A DNA stretch of 64,000 bases from an uncultured Acidobacteriota bacterium (GCA_963836285.1 CAWIIN010000003.1:14708-78707); one strand, 5' to 3'; numbered from the stretch's first letter, positions 30,006-39,441 are shown. Notes: generated by a model from the letters alone, not told the origin. Numbers and translations are program-made.

Positions 30006-31178
30006 CTATCGTCGCTCGGCTCGGTACGCCCGCCCTTCCTGACGCACGATCTCGATCAGGTTGCCCATCGCGAGATTCATGTCGACGACGTGCAGGCCCC
30101 AGCTCTCGAGGACGCGGCCGTCCACCACAACGTCGCCCGTGATCGCCTCCGTGCGCGCCCCGCCCGGCGTGGGGTGAATCGTAACGGCGAGGTAGTTGTG
30201 GCTGCCGTTGCTGCGGCACTCGGCGCTGAGAAGGCCCGGCGCCCGGACGAACGGCGTGACGATCGGCCTCGGTGGGTTCGTCCAGGGGCCGAGCGCCAGT
30301 CCGTCGACGACGGGAGTCTCCGTGCCGGACGCGAGGTAAGCGTGGAGCGGTCCGGTCCCTCCGCCGAGCGCCGCCGGATTCACGCACGCCGCCTCAAGCC
30401 CCGGACCGGCCGAGGCCCCGAACATCCGCGCATCGGCGGGCGGGGGGCTGTTCGCACGGAACGACGCGAAGTTGATCGCGCAGCCCAGCTGACGGGCGGA
30501 CCGGCACAGGGGGATGGACTTGAAGTCGCCGCCCACGTCCTTGCCCACGGGCACCTGAAGTCGGTAGCCGGCCAGGATCACCGACAGGATCCTGCGCTGG
30601 ACCGGCCTGCCGTCGATCTCGTTCCGAACGAGCTCGGCCAGCACGAGCGAGCCCTGGGAATGGCCGATCAACGCGACGCCGCGCCCGCGGTTGTCGTGCG
30701 TGAGGTAATGGTTCCACGCGTCCTTCACGTCGTCGTAGGCCAGGGCACGGTCCACGGCCACCGGACGGCCCCTCAGGTTGGAACGGAGCGCCGTGAGGGT
30801 CGCTTGACGATAGACGGGCGCGTAGGGCCGGCAAACCGAAGCGAAGCGGGCGAACTGCTGGCCGACCACCGCGATCTGCTGCTTCTGGACCTTCATCGTC
30901 GCGTTGCCGCCCGGGTCCAGCGAGACGGTGGGATAGACGTAGAAGCAGTCGATCGGGGCGTCGGGATCCGCGTGAAACCGCTCGAGACGCGTCGAGCCAT
31001 CGGCACGAATCACGGTCGCGTCCTGATCGGATCGACCGCATGCATCCGTCGCCCGCCCGGGGCGGCAGAGCCACGCCGCCGGATCGGAATAGTCGTTGGG
31101 GCCGGACGTTTCGACCTGAGCGGGGGCCTGCCGGCAGCCAAGCAGGACGGCGATCAGGAGCACGGCCGGGAATCTCAT
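30006..31178 (-). CDS. DUF3089 alpha/beta hydrolase lipoprotein
   Basis: Lipobox LLGC; DCFYVYPTVS; APVYRQ; GHSQG; GLHVVD. Confidence 0.85.
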   Translation of the reverse strand: MRFPAVLLIAVLLGCRQAPAQVETSGPNDYSDPAAWLCRPGRATDACGRSDQDATVIRADGSTRLERFHADPDAPIDCFYVYPTVSLDPGGNATMKVQKQQIAVVGQQFARFASVCRPYAPVYRQATLTALRSNLRGRPVAVDRALAYDDVKDAWNHYLTHDNRGRGVALIGHSQGSLVLAELVRNEIDGRPVQRRILSVILAGYRLQVPVGKDVGGDFKSIPLCRSARQLGCAINFASFRANSPPPADARMFGASAGPGLEAACVNPAALGGGTGPLHAYLASGTETPVVDGLALGPWTNPPRPIVTPFVRAPGLLSAECRSNGSHNYLAVTIHPTPGGARTEAITGDVVVDGRVLESWGLHVVDMNLAMGNLIEIVRQEGRAYRAERR

Positions 31179-31204
31179 GAACGCCTCGTGGACCCGCCCT
31201 GCCT

Positions 31205-32527
31205 TCAGTACAGGACGATTCCCAGCGGGATGACGACGAGCAGGGCGGCGAGCGTCGCGAGGACGTGGCCGATGAAGATATGCTTGTAGGCTTGGCGGTG
31301 CGTCAGCCCGGCGACCGCGAGCATGGTGATCACGGCGCCGTTGTGCGGCATGGCATCGAAGCACCCCGCGGACATCACGATGATCCTGTGGACGAGATCC
31401 GGGCTCAGGCCCAGGGCCAGGTACTTGGGCGCCAGCGTCTCCAGGACGATTCCCATGCCGCCGGAGGCGGAGCCGGTGATCGCCGCCATGATGTTCGTGG
31501 CGACCGAGAGAGAGATGATCGGAGGCATGGAAAGGGTCAGAAGCCATGCGGACACGACGCTGAAGCCGGCCGTAGCCGCGATTGCCATCCCGTAGCCGAC
31601 GTCGGCGCAGGTATTGATGATCGGAATCACGGTGTTTGCGGCGCCCCTGCTGATGGTGTCCGGCAGGCTGGTGAACCGCCTCCAGAACAGGATCATCGAG
31701 ACCAGAATCCCTATGCCGAGGGCATAGATCACATCGACCTTCACCGCGGGAACGTTCAGAAAGACGAGAACGGCCATCATCGGAACCAGGCTAAGCCAGA
31801 CGTTGGGCATGTCTCCCGGGTCGACGGCCGTCGCGGCGGGCACGCCGGAACCGCCGGGCGGGACATAATGCTCGCCTTCCCTCTTGAATCTGTTCACACA
31901 ATACTTCATGTAGAGGACGTTCAGCACGAACACGACGAGAGCGCCGACCAGACCCAGTACGGGGGCTGACGCGGGCGTGGAGTTCATGTACTTCGTGGGC
32001 ATGAGGTTCTGGATCTGTGGCGTGCCTGGGATCATCGTCATGGTCATGGAGGCGGCGCCGAAGACGAAGGAAAGGATGAACAGATGCCAGGGGATGTCCG
32101 CTTCCTGCCAGAGGTGCCGGGCGATGGGGAGCACCGTGAAGATGACGACGAAGAGACTCACGCCGCCATAGGTCAGGACCATGGGGACCAGGGAGAACGC
32201 GATCAGAACACGCAGCGGCTTGTCGGCGTCGCCGCCGACGAGCTTCAGGATCGCCCGGGCGACGGACCGGGCCGCGCCGCTGTCTTCCATGAACTTTCCG
32301 AAGAGAGTGCCCATCAGAAAGATGAGATAGAACTTGCGGGCGTAGTTGGTAAACCCGGTCATGTACGGCCCGGTCAACGTCTGAAGGACGTTCAAATCGG
32401 AGAAGATCGCCGCGATGATGGCCGCCAGCGGCGCGAGGATGATGATGTGCCACCCTCGCAGCGCCAGCACGATGATGAAAACCAGGGACACGACGATGCC
32501 AAGAGTGCTAATAGTGCCCGCGTCCAC
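31205..32527 (-). CDS. GntP-family carboxylate/hydroxy-acid permease
   Basis: LTYGGVSLFVV; PGTPQIQN; ITGSASGGMGI; PHNGAVIT. Confidence 0.88.
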   Translation of the reverse strand: MDAGTISTLGIVVSLVFIIVLALRGWHIIILAPLAAIIAAIFSDLNVLQTLTGPYMTGFTNYARKFYLIFLMGTLFGKFMEDSGAARSVARAILKLVGGDADKPLRVLIAFSLVPMVLTYGGVSLFVVIFTVLPIARHLWQEADIPWHLFILSFVFGAASMTMTMIPGTPQIQNLMPTKYMNSTPASAPVLGLVGALVVFVLNVLYMKYCVNRFKREGEHYVPPGGSGVPAATAVDPGDMPNVWLSLVPMMAVLVFLNVPAVKVDVIYALGIGILVSMILFWRRFTSLPDTISRGAANTVIPIINTCADVGYGMAIAATAGFSVVSAWLLTLSMPPIISLSVATNIMAAITGSASGGMGIVLETLAPKYLALGLSPDLVHRIIVMSAGCFDAMPHNGAVITMLAVAGLTHRQAYKHIFIGHVLATLAALLVVIPLGIVLY

Positions 32528-32554
32528 GCTCGATCCCTCCGGGTCTCGGCACCG

Positions 32555-34252
32555 TCAGGGCCGGGCCGCCGCCGACCATGATGCAAGCAGCTTCTCGTAC
32601 AGGTCGCAGAACTCCGGGCGGATGCCGGACCCGGCGCGGATCGTGTCGCCGAACTCCAGGAATCCCTCCTTCCCGCTCGTGTAGCGAGGCCAGGCCGGCA
32701 GAGAATCCCCGTTCGGATCCCCGGTGGCCGCGAAGCGTACCCAGGCCGCGCTCATCGCGTCGGCAAGCTTCTGGTCCCAGGGCTTGCGCGGCATCCACGG
32801 CACGGCGGCGAGGGTGTCCCATACGTACGGGATCTCGATGGCATGGTGGGCTCCGAGCTTCTCGCCCCCCGGCCCCTGCGGCGCGCGGCTGAACAGGTAG
32901 ACGTAGGCCGGGCTGCCCGCGCGCGTCGTCCGCTCCGCAATGAACCGCGTCGGGCCGACGTAGTACCAGTCGGGGCTATAGCGGTCCACCGCCGCGGCCG
33001 CCTCGGCGTCGGTCGTCGCCGGGTAGAGTTCCAGCACCCGATCGGCGAGCGGGCCCCAGACGGCCCGTATCACCTTGCGAAAGTCGTCGAGTGTCGGGTT
33101 GGGCCAGTATTGGCGCAGGGTCGTCCACTCGTCCTTGTTGAAGCCGATGAGGACGGGCACCTTGCGCTGCTCGCCCCTGTCGAAGATCTTCGCGGTCGCC
33201 CTCGGAAACACCCAGCCGTCCACATTGGGCGCGTTGCCCGTGAGCTTCCGGGTGCGAAGCCAGGCGCGGCGAAGATCCTCCGGGGACACCGCGCGCATCG
33301 CCGCGAGGACGTCCTTCGACCCCGCCACTCCGAGCGCCTCCTCGAAGCTCTTGCCCAACGCCTCCGCCTCGCCGAGCGGGCGGAAGTCGCTCACCGCGTA
33401 GCCCCCACTCTCGATCACGGCGCGATGGAAGAGCCCGCGCGCGAGAGGCGTTGCCAGGAGGTAGGTGATGTTCGTGCCGCCCGCCGACTCGCCGAAGACC
33501 GTCACGCGCCCCGGGTCCCCGCCGAAGGCCGCCGCGTTCTCCTGCACCCACTTCAGCGCGGCGATCTGGTCGAGGAGCGCGTAGTTGCCGGACGAGCCGT
33601 GTCCGGACTCGGCGGTCAGCGCCGGGTGGGCGAGGAAGCCGAACAGGTTGAGGCGGTAGTTGAGCGAGACGACCACCACTCCCTTGCGCGCGAGGTTCGC
33701 TCCGTCGGTCTGAAGCCCCACGGCCGTGCCGACGGCGTTCGCCCCGCCGTGAATCCAGACCATCACGGGCTTGAGGTCCTTGCCGCCCAGGTTCGAGGTC
33801 CAGACGTTGAGGAACAGGCAGTTCTCGCTGCTAGGCCCGGGGAGCGGAACCAGTTTCGGGTCCTGGCCGAGAGTCTCGGCGATGTACCGATAGAAGTAGT
33901 TGCCCTCGACTTCCTGGACGCAGGACGGGCCGAACTTCGTGGCCTGCTGCACGCCCGGGCGCGGCGTGTGCGGCGCCGGTGGCTTCCATCGCAAATCTCC
34001 GACGGGCGGCGCCGCGTAGGGAATCCCACGAAAGACTGCTTCGGAGGTGCCCGTGCCGACGTAGGCGCCGACGAGCTGCTCGCCGTTCGCCACGACCGTT
34101 GGCGCCGTAGGCGTCGAGACTTGCGGGGCAACCGGCGGGGCCGTCGAGCAGGCCAAGGAGCCGATCACGAGCGCCGCGCCGGCGCCGGACCGCCAACGGG
34201 GGCGCGGTTTCGCCACGGGACACGAGTTCTGGAGTCGAGTGGGGTCTGACAC
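32555..34252 (-). CDS. Type B carboxylesterase
   Basis: FRGIPYAAPPVGDLRW; ENCLFLNVW; WIHGG; GESAG; GTG 34252 has a strong RBS. Confidence 0.92.
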   Translation of the reverse strand: MSDPTRLQNSCPVAKPRPRWRSGAGAALVIGSLACSTAPPVAPQVSTPTAPTVVANGEQLVGAYVGTGTSEAVFRGIPYAAPPVGDLRWKPPAPHTPRPGVQQATKFGPSCVQEVEGNYFYRYIAETLGQDPKLVPLPGPSSENCLFLNVWTSNLGGKDLKPVMVWIHGGANAVGTAVGLQTDGANLARKGVVVVSLNYRLNLFGFLAHPALTAESGHGSSGNYALLDQIAALKWVQENAAAFGGDPGRVTVFGESAGGTNITYLLATPLARGLFHRAVIESGGYAVSDFRPLGEAEALGKSFEEALGVAGSKDVLAAMRAVSPEDLRRAWLRTRKLTGNAPNVDGWVFPRATAKIFDRGEQRKVPVLIGFNKDEWTTLRQYWPNPTLDDFRKVIRAVWGPLADRVLELYPATTDAEAAAAVDRYSPDWYYVGPTRFIAERTTRAGSPAYVYLFSRAPQGPGGEKLGAHHAIEIPYVWDTLAAVPWMPRKPWDQKLADAMSAAWVRFAATGDPNGDSLPAWPRYTSGKEGFLEFGDTIRAGSGIRPEFCDLYEKLLASWSAAARP

Positions 34253-34286
34253 GTTGGATCTCCTCCTCGGAACGCGCATTGCGAGG

Positions 34287-35216
34287 TCATGCCATCTCGG
34301 GAGTCAACGCCACCGGGATTGCTTCTGCCGCGAGTTTCGCTATGGCCGTGGCCACCTCGGCGCCCGAGTCGAACGGCCGCGCGCCGGCGAGGTCGGCGAT
34401 CTCCTCGTACCGTGCCGCCACGTCCTCGGCGGTCGCGTGCGGGCCGAGGACGACCCCGCGGGCCTCGACGATGGCGACGCGGGCGAAGTAGGACCCGCCG
34501 GCCTCGAGCACATGTCCGTTCGGGCTGCCCTCGCTGCAGAGGTAGACGACCGCCGGCGTCACGCGCTCGGGGGCCACGGCGCGCAGCACCTCGGGCGGCC
34601 ACAGGCCTTCGGTCATACGGGTTGCGGCGGTGGGGGCGACGCAGTTGACCCTGATGCCGTACTTCTTGACCTCGAGCCTGAGCGTATTCATGAACCCGAC
34701 GAGGCCCATCTTGGCGGCGGCGTAGTTCGTCTGGCCGAAGTTGCCGTAGAGGCCCGAAGAGGAAGTCGTGAAGACGATTCGACCATAGCCCCTTTCCTTC
34801 ATCACGGGGAGGGTCGCCTTCGTCATGTTGACGCTGCCCATGAGGTGGACGTCAACGACCTTCTGAAAGTCGTCCAACTCCAGCTTGGCGAACGTCTTGT
34901 CGCGCAGGATGCCGGCGTTGTTGACGAGGATGTCCACCGACCCGAACCGGCCCACGGCCTCGTCCACCATGCGCTGCGCCGCGGAACGGTCGGTCACGCT
35001 GTCGTGGTTTGCGACGGCGATTCCGCCGGCCGCCGTGATTTCATCCGCCACCGACTGAGCGACACCCGCGGAGCCGCTCGTGCCGTCCAGAGCCCCGCCA
35101 AGGTCGTTCACGATCACTTTCGCGCCGCGCCGCGCGAGTTCCAGGGCATAGCATCGGCCCAGGCCACCGCCCGCTCCCGTCACGATCGCCACTCGTCCGT
35201 CGAATCGAATGCTCAC
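34287..35216 (-). CDS. SDR of the MFE-2/HSD17B4 3-hydroxyacyl-CoA dehydrogenase type
   Basis: TGAGGGLG; VNDLGG; NNAGILRD; GNFGQTNYAAAK. Confidence 0.9.
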   Translation of the reverse strand: MSIRFDGRVAIVTGAGGGLGRCYALELARRGAKVIVNDLGGALDGTSGSAGVAQSVADEITAAGGIAVANHDSVTDRSAAQRMVDEAVGRFGSVDILVNNAGILRDKTFAKLELDDFQKVVDVHLMGSVNMTKATLPVMKERGYGRIVFTTSSSGLYGNFGQTNYAAAKMGLVGFMNTLRLEVKKYGIRVNCVAPTAATRMTEGLWPPEVLRAVAPERVTPAVVYLCSEGSPNGHVLEAGGSYFARVAIVEARGVVLGPHATAEDVAARYEEIADLAGARPFDSGAEVATAIAKLAAEAIPVALTPEMA

Positions 35217-35307
35217 TCGTCGTTCCTTTCAGCAGGAATCCCCGGCACGTCGATGTCCCTCGAAGCCAGAGCCTGCGCGTCTCGATCGCCCCGATCTCTG
35301 AGCGTCA

Positions 35308-35343
35308 CATAACTTGACCGGCCTACCGGTACACTTATATATT
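35308..35343 (+). promoter_or_regulatory. Operator/promoter motif, copy 2
   Basis: CATAACTTGACCGGCCTACCGGTACACTT, 25/29 identical to copy 1; TTGACC then TATATT 18 bp later. Confidence 0.7.
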
Positions 35344-35406
35344 AACCCGCAATAGAAACATGGAGTCAAGCGGCATCGAACTCCACCGTCGAAGCGACCA
35401 GGGAGG

Positions 35407-36459
35407 ATGGGTGTGACCGAAACAGACGGCAAAGTCATGGGCGTCAAGGACGCCATCGGCCGATTTGTCCACGATGGCGATCAACTGGTGATCGGCAACT
35501 ACACCGTCGGTTCCTGCGCGGAGCTGGTGTACGAGGTGGCCCGGCAGAAGAAGAAGGGACTCACGCTCTTTTCGCAATCCGGAATTTTCGACGTGGAAGT
35601 TCTCATCGGCGCAGGCTGCGTGGACAGACTCGTCACCGCGTACGTGATGCGCGCCGGCGGCAAGAAGGGCGGCTCCGCGGCCGAACGTGCGCTGAAGGCC
35701 GGAACCCTTCTGCTCGAGGACTACACGAACTTCGACTACAACGCGCGGCTCGTCGCCGGCATGCACGGCATGACCTTCATTCCGGTTCTCGAAGGCATCA
35801 TGGCCACCGACCTCTTCCGGAAGAGGGGCTTCATGGGCGAAAACAAGTTTCGCGTCATCGAATGCCCGTACACCGGCAAGAAGGTTCTGACGGTGCCCGC
35901 GGCCAATCCCGACGTCTGCATCGTTCACGTGCAGCGCGCCGACAAGTTCGGCAACGCCCAGTACTGGGGCGCGCTGGGAAGCATCGCGGCGGCCGCGCTC
36001 GCGAGCACGCGCATCATCGTCTCCTGCGAGGAGATCGTCGACCACGAGATCGTTCAGTCGAGTCCGGCACTCACCCTGATTCCCGCCTATCGCGTCAACG
36101 CGGTGGTGGAAGCTCCCTGGGGCGCGCATCCCACCGAAGTGCTCGGCTACTACAACCTCGATTCCGCGATGTACGGTCTGTTCACGAAGGCCGATTCCAC
36201 CGCCGAAGGGCTGCGCGCCTGGATGGACGAATGGGTGTACGGCTGTGAGAACCGCGCGGCCTACATCGACCGTTACATCGGCAAGTTCGGGAGCTGCGCG
36301 CTCAACAGCCTCAAGGCCAAGCCCTACTATTCCGCGCCGGCGAACTACGGCGCGGCCGTGACCTCCCGCTGGGACCGCGACGGCAGGGAGATCTTCACGG
36401 GGCTGACCCTGCCCGAGATGGAGACGATCCTGAAAGAAAGGGGGCAGCTCTATGAGTAA
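35407..36459 (+). CDS. Family I CoA-transferase subunit A (GctA/CatI-like)
   Basis: PAANPDVCIVHVQRADKFGN; AVVEAPWGAHP. Confidence 0.88.
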   Translation: MGVTETDGKVMGVKDAIGRFVHDGDQLVIGNYTVGSCAELVYEVARQKKKGLTLFSQSGIFDVEVLIGAGCVDRLVTAYVMRAGGKKGGSAAERALKAGTLLLEDYTNFDYNARLVAGMHGMTFIPVLEGIMATDLFRKRGFMGENKFRVIECPYTGKKVLTVPAANPDVCIVHVQRADKFGNAQYWGALGSIAAAALASTRIIVSCEEIVDHEIVQSSPALTLIPAYRVNAVVEAPWGAHPTEVLGYYNLDSAMYGLFTKADSTAEGLRAWMDEWVYGCENRAAYIDRYIGKFGSCALNSLKAKPYYSAPANYGAAVTSRWDRDGREIFTGLTLPEMETILKERGQLYE

Positions 36460-37285
36460 GCCGTACACCCTTCAGGAGCTGCTGATCATCGCCGTCGCCA
36501 AGGAAATCCACGATCACGAAAACGTGATCCTCGGCATCGGGATTCCGACGACCGCGGGCGCCCTGGCGAAAGCGCTCTACGCGCCCAACGCGACGCTCAT
36601 GATGGAGTCCGGGATCATCGACTTCCAACCCCTGCTGCCCTTGAACCACATTGCCGACGCACACGCGTGTCGGGGCTTCTCGTATGGCACGGACCTGTTT
36701 TCCACCTTCACCATGACCTACCGCGGGTTCGTGGACGTGTGCTTCCTCGGCGTCGGACAGATCGACAAGTTCGGCAACGTCAACACGACCGTGATCGGCG
36801 ACTACGACAGGCCGACCCTCCGCCTGCCAGGCTCGGGCGGAGCCCCCGACTTCTTCTCCTATGCGAAGAGAACCGTCCTCACGATGCTCGGCGGGAACTT
36901 CGTGAACAAGCTGGATTACTTCACGTCGCCCGGACATCTCGACGGGGGGGACAGCCGCGAGAAATCCGGCCTCTTCCCGAAGGGATCGGGCCCTTCCATG
37001 GTGCTGACCACGAAGGGAGTCTTTCGATTCGATCCCGTGACCAAGGAAATCTACCTGTCGCAGGTCCACCCGAAGGTCACGGTGGAGGCCGTGAAGAAGG
37101 ACGTGCCGTGGGAGCTGAAGGTCGCCGATGATCTCTCCGTGACGCCGCGCCCGACGGACGAGGAAATCGCATTCATCCGCAATTTCGCTCCGAACATGTC
37201 CATGAGCCGGGAGCTCATGCTGGAGCTGACTCTGGCGAACATGAAAAGGAAGATGAAGAGTGAGGGGCGGGGAAATCCTGCCTAG
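36452..37285 (+). CDS. Family I CoA-transferase subunit B (GctB/CatJ-like)
   Basis: Catalytic Glu motif MESG; QIDKFGNVNTT; RLPGSGG. Confidence 0.88.
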   Translation: MSKPYTLQELLIIAVAKEIHDHENVILGIGIPTTAGALAKALYAPNATLMMESGIIDFQPLLPLNHIADAHACRGFSYGTDLFSTFTMTYRGFVDVCFLGVGQIDKFGNVNTTVIGDYDRPTLRLPGSGGAPDFFSYAKRTVLTMLGGNFVNKLDYFTSPGHLDGGDSREKSGLFPKGSGPSMVLTTKGVFRFDPVTKEIYLSQVHPKVTVEAVKKDVPWELKVADDLSVTPRPTDEEIAFIRNFAPNMSMSRELMLELTLANMKRKMKSEGRGNPA

Positions 37286-37291
37286 CGACAG
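37264..37291 (+). repeat. 28 bp direct repeat, left copy
   Basis: GGGGCGGGGAAATCCTGCCTAGCGACAG, 27/28 identical to 39414-39441. Confidence 0.9.
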
Positions 37292-37380
37292 GCCACCGAC
37301 GGCTCCAGCTCGTTGCGGCCCTTTTTCAGCCGGGGGCGGGAACAGGACGTGCATCCTCGCCCGGAAGGGCGCGCATTTCG

Positions 37381-37791
37381 ATGAAGACTTTCAATCGGAT
37401 CCGCAGAAGCTGGCGGCTTCTCGCGGGAGGAAAGCCCGGCGACCGCTTCGAGCGCTTCTACCGGAGCCAGCAGGAGGGCCGCACGCCCGCGCGGAAGGTG
37501 CTCTCCATCCTCATCGGGTTCGCGATCGCCGCCGCCGGGATCGTCCTCCTCCCCGCCCCCGGCCCCGGCATGCTGGTCGTCGCTTTGGGGCTGGGACTCC
37601 TGGCGCGCGAATTCCTGGCCGTCGCGCGCGCTCTCGACTGGCTCGAGCCCAGGCTCCGGAGGACCATCGTGGCGGCGGTGCGGCTCTGGAGGAAGTCCTC
37701 GCCGCTGGGTCGAGCCGCTCTGGTCTTGGCCGCCACCGCCCTCGCGAGCGTTGCGGCGATCGGCAGCTACGCGCTGATGTTTGCGGACTGA
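37381..37791 (+). CDS. PGPGW-like small membrane protein
   Basis: TM hairpin with PAPGPG, then LAREF..ARALDWLE. Confidence 0.75.
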   Translation: MKTFNRIRRSWRLLAGGKPGDRFERFYRSQQEGRTPARKVLSILIGFAIAAAGIVLLPAPGPGMLVVALGLGLLAREFLAVARALDWLEPRLRRTIVAAVRLWRKSSPLGRAALVLAATALASVAAIGSYALMFAD

Positions 37792-37821
37792 CGTCTCGCC
37801 GGCGTCGCATAGACTCCGAGG

Positions 37822-39348
37822 ATGCGAACAGGGCTCTCCCGTTGGACCCGAGCACTCGCGGCCATCGTCCTTGCCTTCGGAGTTGCGCCCGCCGACGCGG
37901 CCCCTGCCGTCGCGCCCCGCCCGCGCGAGAAGGCCCAGGTCGTCGTCGTGGGCGCGGGGCTCACGGGACTGACGACGGCCTACGAGCTGCGCAAGGGCGG
38001 CGTCGACGTCCTCCTCCTGGAGGCGGCCCCGCGCGCGGGCGGGCGCATTCAGACCGTGACTTTCGCGGACGGGATGCACGTCGAGGGTCACATGGAGGAA
38101 TACTGGGAGCGAAGTCCGGCATACGCCCTGCTGAAGGAGCTGAAGGTGCCGTTGCTGGACGACGTGGCCCACTCCAGCGTGAGGATCGGCGGGAAGATCT
38201 ATCCCTACCGGGGCGAGGGCGACCGCGACACCTACCTGCGCGGCATCTTCTCGGAGCCTGAGCGCGAGGCCTTCCTGCGCTGGAACGCCAAGGTCTGGGG
38301 GCTCCACGAGAAGCTCATTGCGGCCGACCATAGCGGCCACGACATCACCGATCCCGAGCTGCTCGAGCTTCAGAAGGTGAGCTTCGCCGAGTTCGTGAAG
38401 CGCGACGGTCTGCCCGAGAAGGTCAGCGAGTGGATCCGGGTGACCGTGGAGCCGGAGATGGCCATCGAATGGGACGCCATTGCCGCCCTCGACGGCGTCG
38501 ACGAAATGCGCCTGTTCCTCGACTCCCCCGAGGGTTTCGGAGAGAAGAACTACCACGTGAAGGGCGGCAACAGCGGGTTCATTCGCGCGCTGATGGCAAA
38601 GGTCGGCTCCGAGCGTGTCGTGACCCAGGCTCAGGTGACCGCGATCGAGCATGGTGCCGACGGGGTCCGCGTGCGCTACCTGCATCAGGGCGCCCGCTAT
38701 CGCGAGGTGTGCGCGCGCGCCGTCGTCGTGACCGTGCCGCTCTATCAGCTGCGACGCATCCAATTCGTGCCGCCGCTCTCTCACGACAAGCGCAAGGCCA
38801 TCGAGACCACGCGCTTCGGCGCGTACATCAAGGTGCACATTCGCATCGGCGCCGAGGCGGCGAAGCTCTGGGAGCCGGGGGGCGAATCGCTCCTGACCCT
38901 CCTCAGCGACTCTGCGGCCGGCAGCATCTACGACGCGACGGATTTCCAGCCGCACGGCGCCAAGGCCGACCGCTACCTGACGCTCCTCGTTCACGCGCGG
39001 TTCGCTCGCGAGATGCTCGGGATGAGCGCGGACGAGATGCGGGAGCACGCCATCCGCAGCCTGGATGCGCTGTTCCCGGGAGCCGGCGCCCACGTGCGGC
39101 TCGTCGAGCTGTTCGTCTACCCGACGGCGGTGGCCTACTGGCCGCTGGAGCTCGGACGGTCGCGATTCGACGGCCTCGCGGCCGAGCTGCGCCGGCCCGA
39201 AGGGGCCGTGTGGATCGGCGGGGACACCACCGAGAACAGCCACTCGGAGGGGTCCGTGCAGGCCGCGCTGCGCATGTCCAGGGAGATCATCGCGCGGAAA
39301 GCCACCCTGTCGAAGCCGTTGCCGGCGCCTGCCGCCGCGCCCCGCTGA
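37822..39348 (+). CDS. Flavin monoamine oxidase family FAD-dependent oxidoreductase with signal peptide
   Basis: VVVGAGLTGL; EAAPRAGGRI; C-terminal GDTT...SEGSVQAA. Confidence 0.85.
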   Translation: MRTGLSRWTRALAAIVLAFGVAPADAAPAVAPRPREKAQVVVVGAGLTGLTTAYELRKGGVDVLLLEAAPRAGGRIQTVTFADGMHVEGHMEEYWERSPAYALLKELKVPLLDDVAHSSVRIGGKIYPYRGEGDRDTYLRGIFSEPEREAFLRWNAKVWGLHEKLIAADHSGHDITDPELLELQKVSFAEFVKRDGLPEKVSEWIRVTVEPEMAIEWDAIAALDGVDEMRLFLDSPEGFGEKNYHVKGGNSGFIRALMAKVGSERVVTQAQVTAIEHGADGVRVRYLHQGARYREVCARAVVVTVPLYQLRRIQFVPPLSHDKRKAIETTRFGAYIKVHIRIGAEAAKLWEPGGESLLTLLSDSAAGSIYDATDFQPHGAKADRYLTLLVHARFAREMLGMSADEMREHAIRSLDALFPGAGAHVRLVELFVYPTAVAYWPLELGRSRFDGLAAELRRPEGAVWIGGDTTENSHSEGSVQAALRMSREIIARKATLSKPLPAPAAAPR

Positions 39349-39413
39349 GCGAGACGAGCGGCCGACGTTCCCGGTGCGCTCGAACGGGCATTTGGCGTGC
39401 CGCGTCACGTGCG

Positions 39414-39441
39414 GGGGCGGGCAAATCCTGCCTAGCGACAG
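39414..39441 (+). repeat. 28 bp direct repeat, right copy
   Basis: GGGGCGGGCAAATCCTGCCTAGCGACAG. Confidence 0.9.

Noticed and set aside
37264-39441. Integron cassette or CRISPR interpretation of the 28 bp repeat
   Set aside because: Only two copies 2.1 kb apart, with no attC structure, intI or cas genes.
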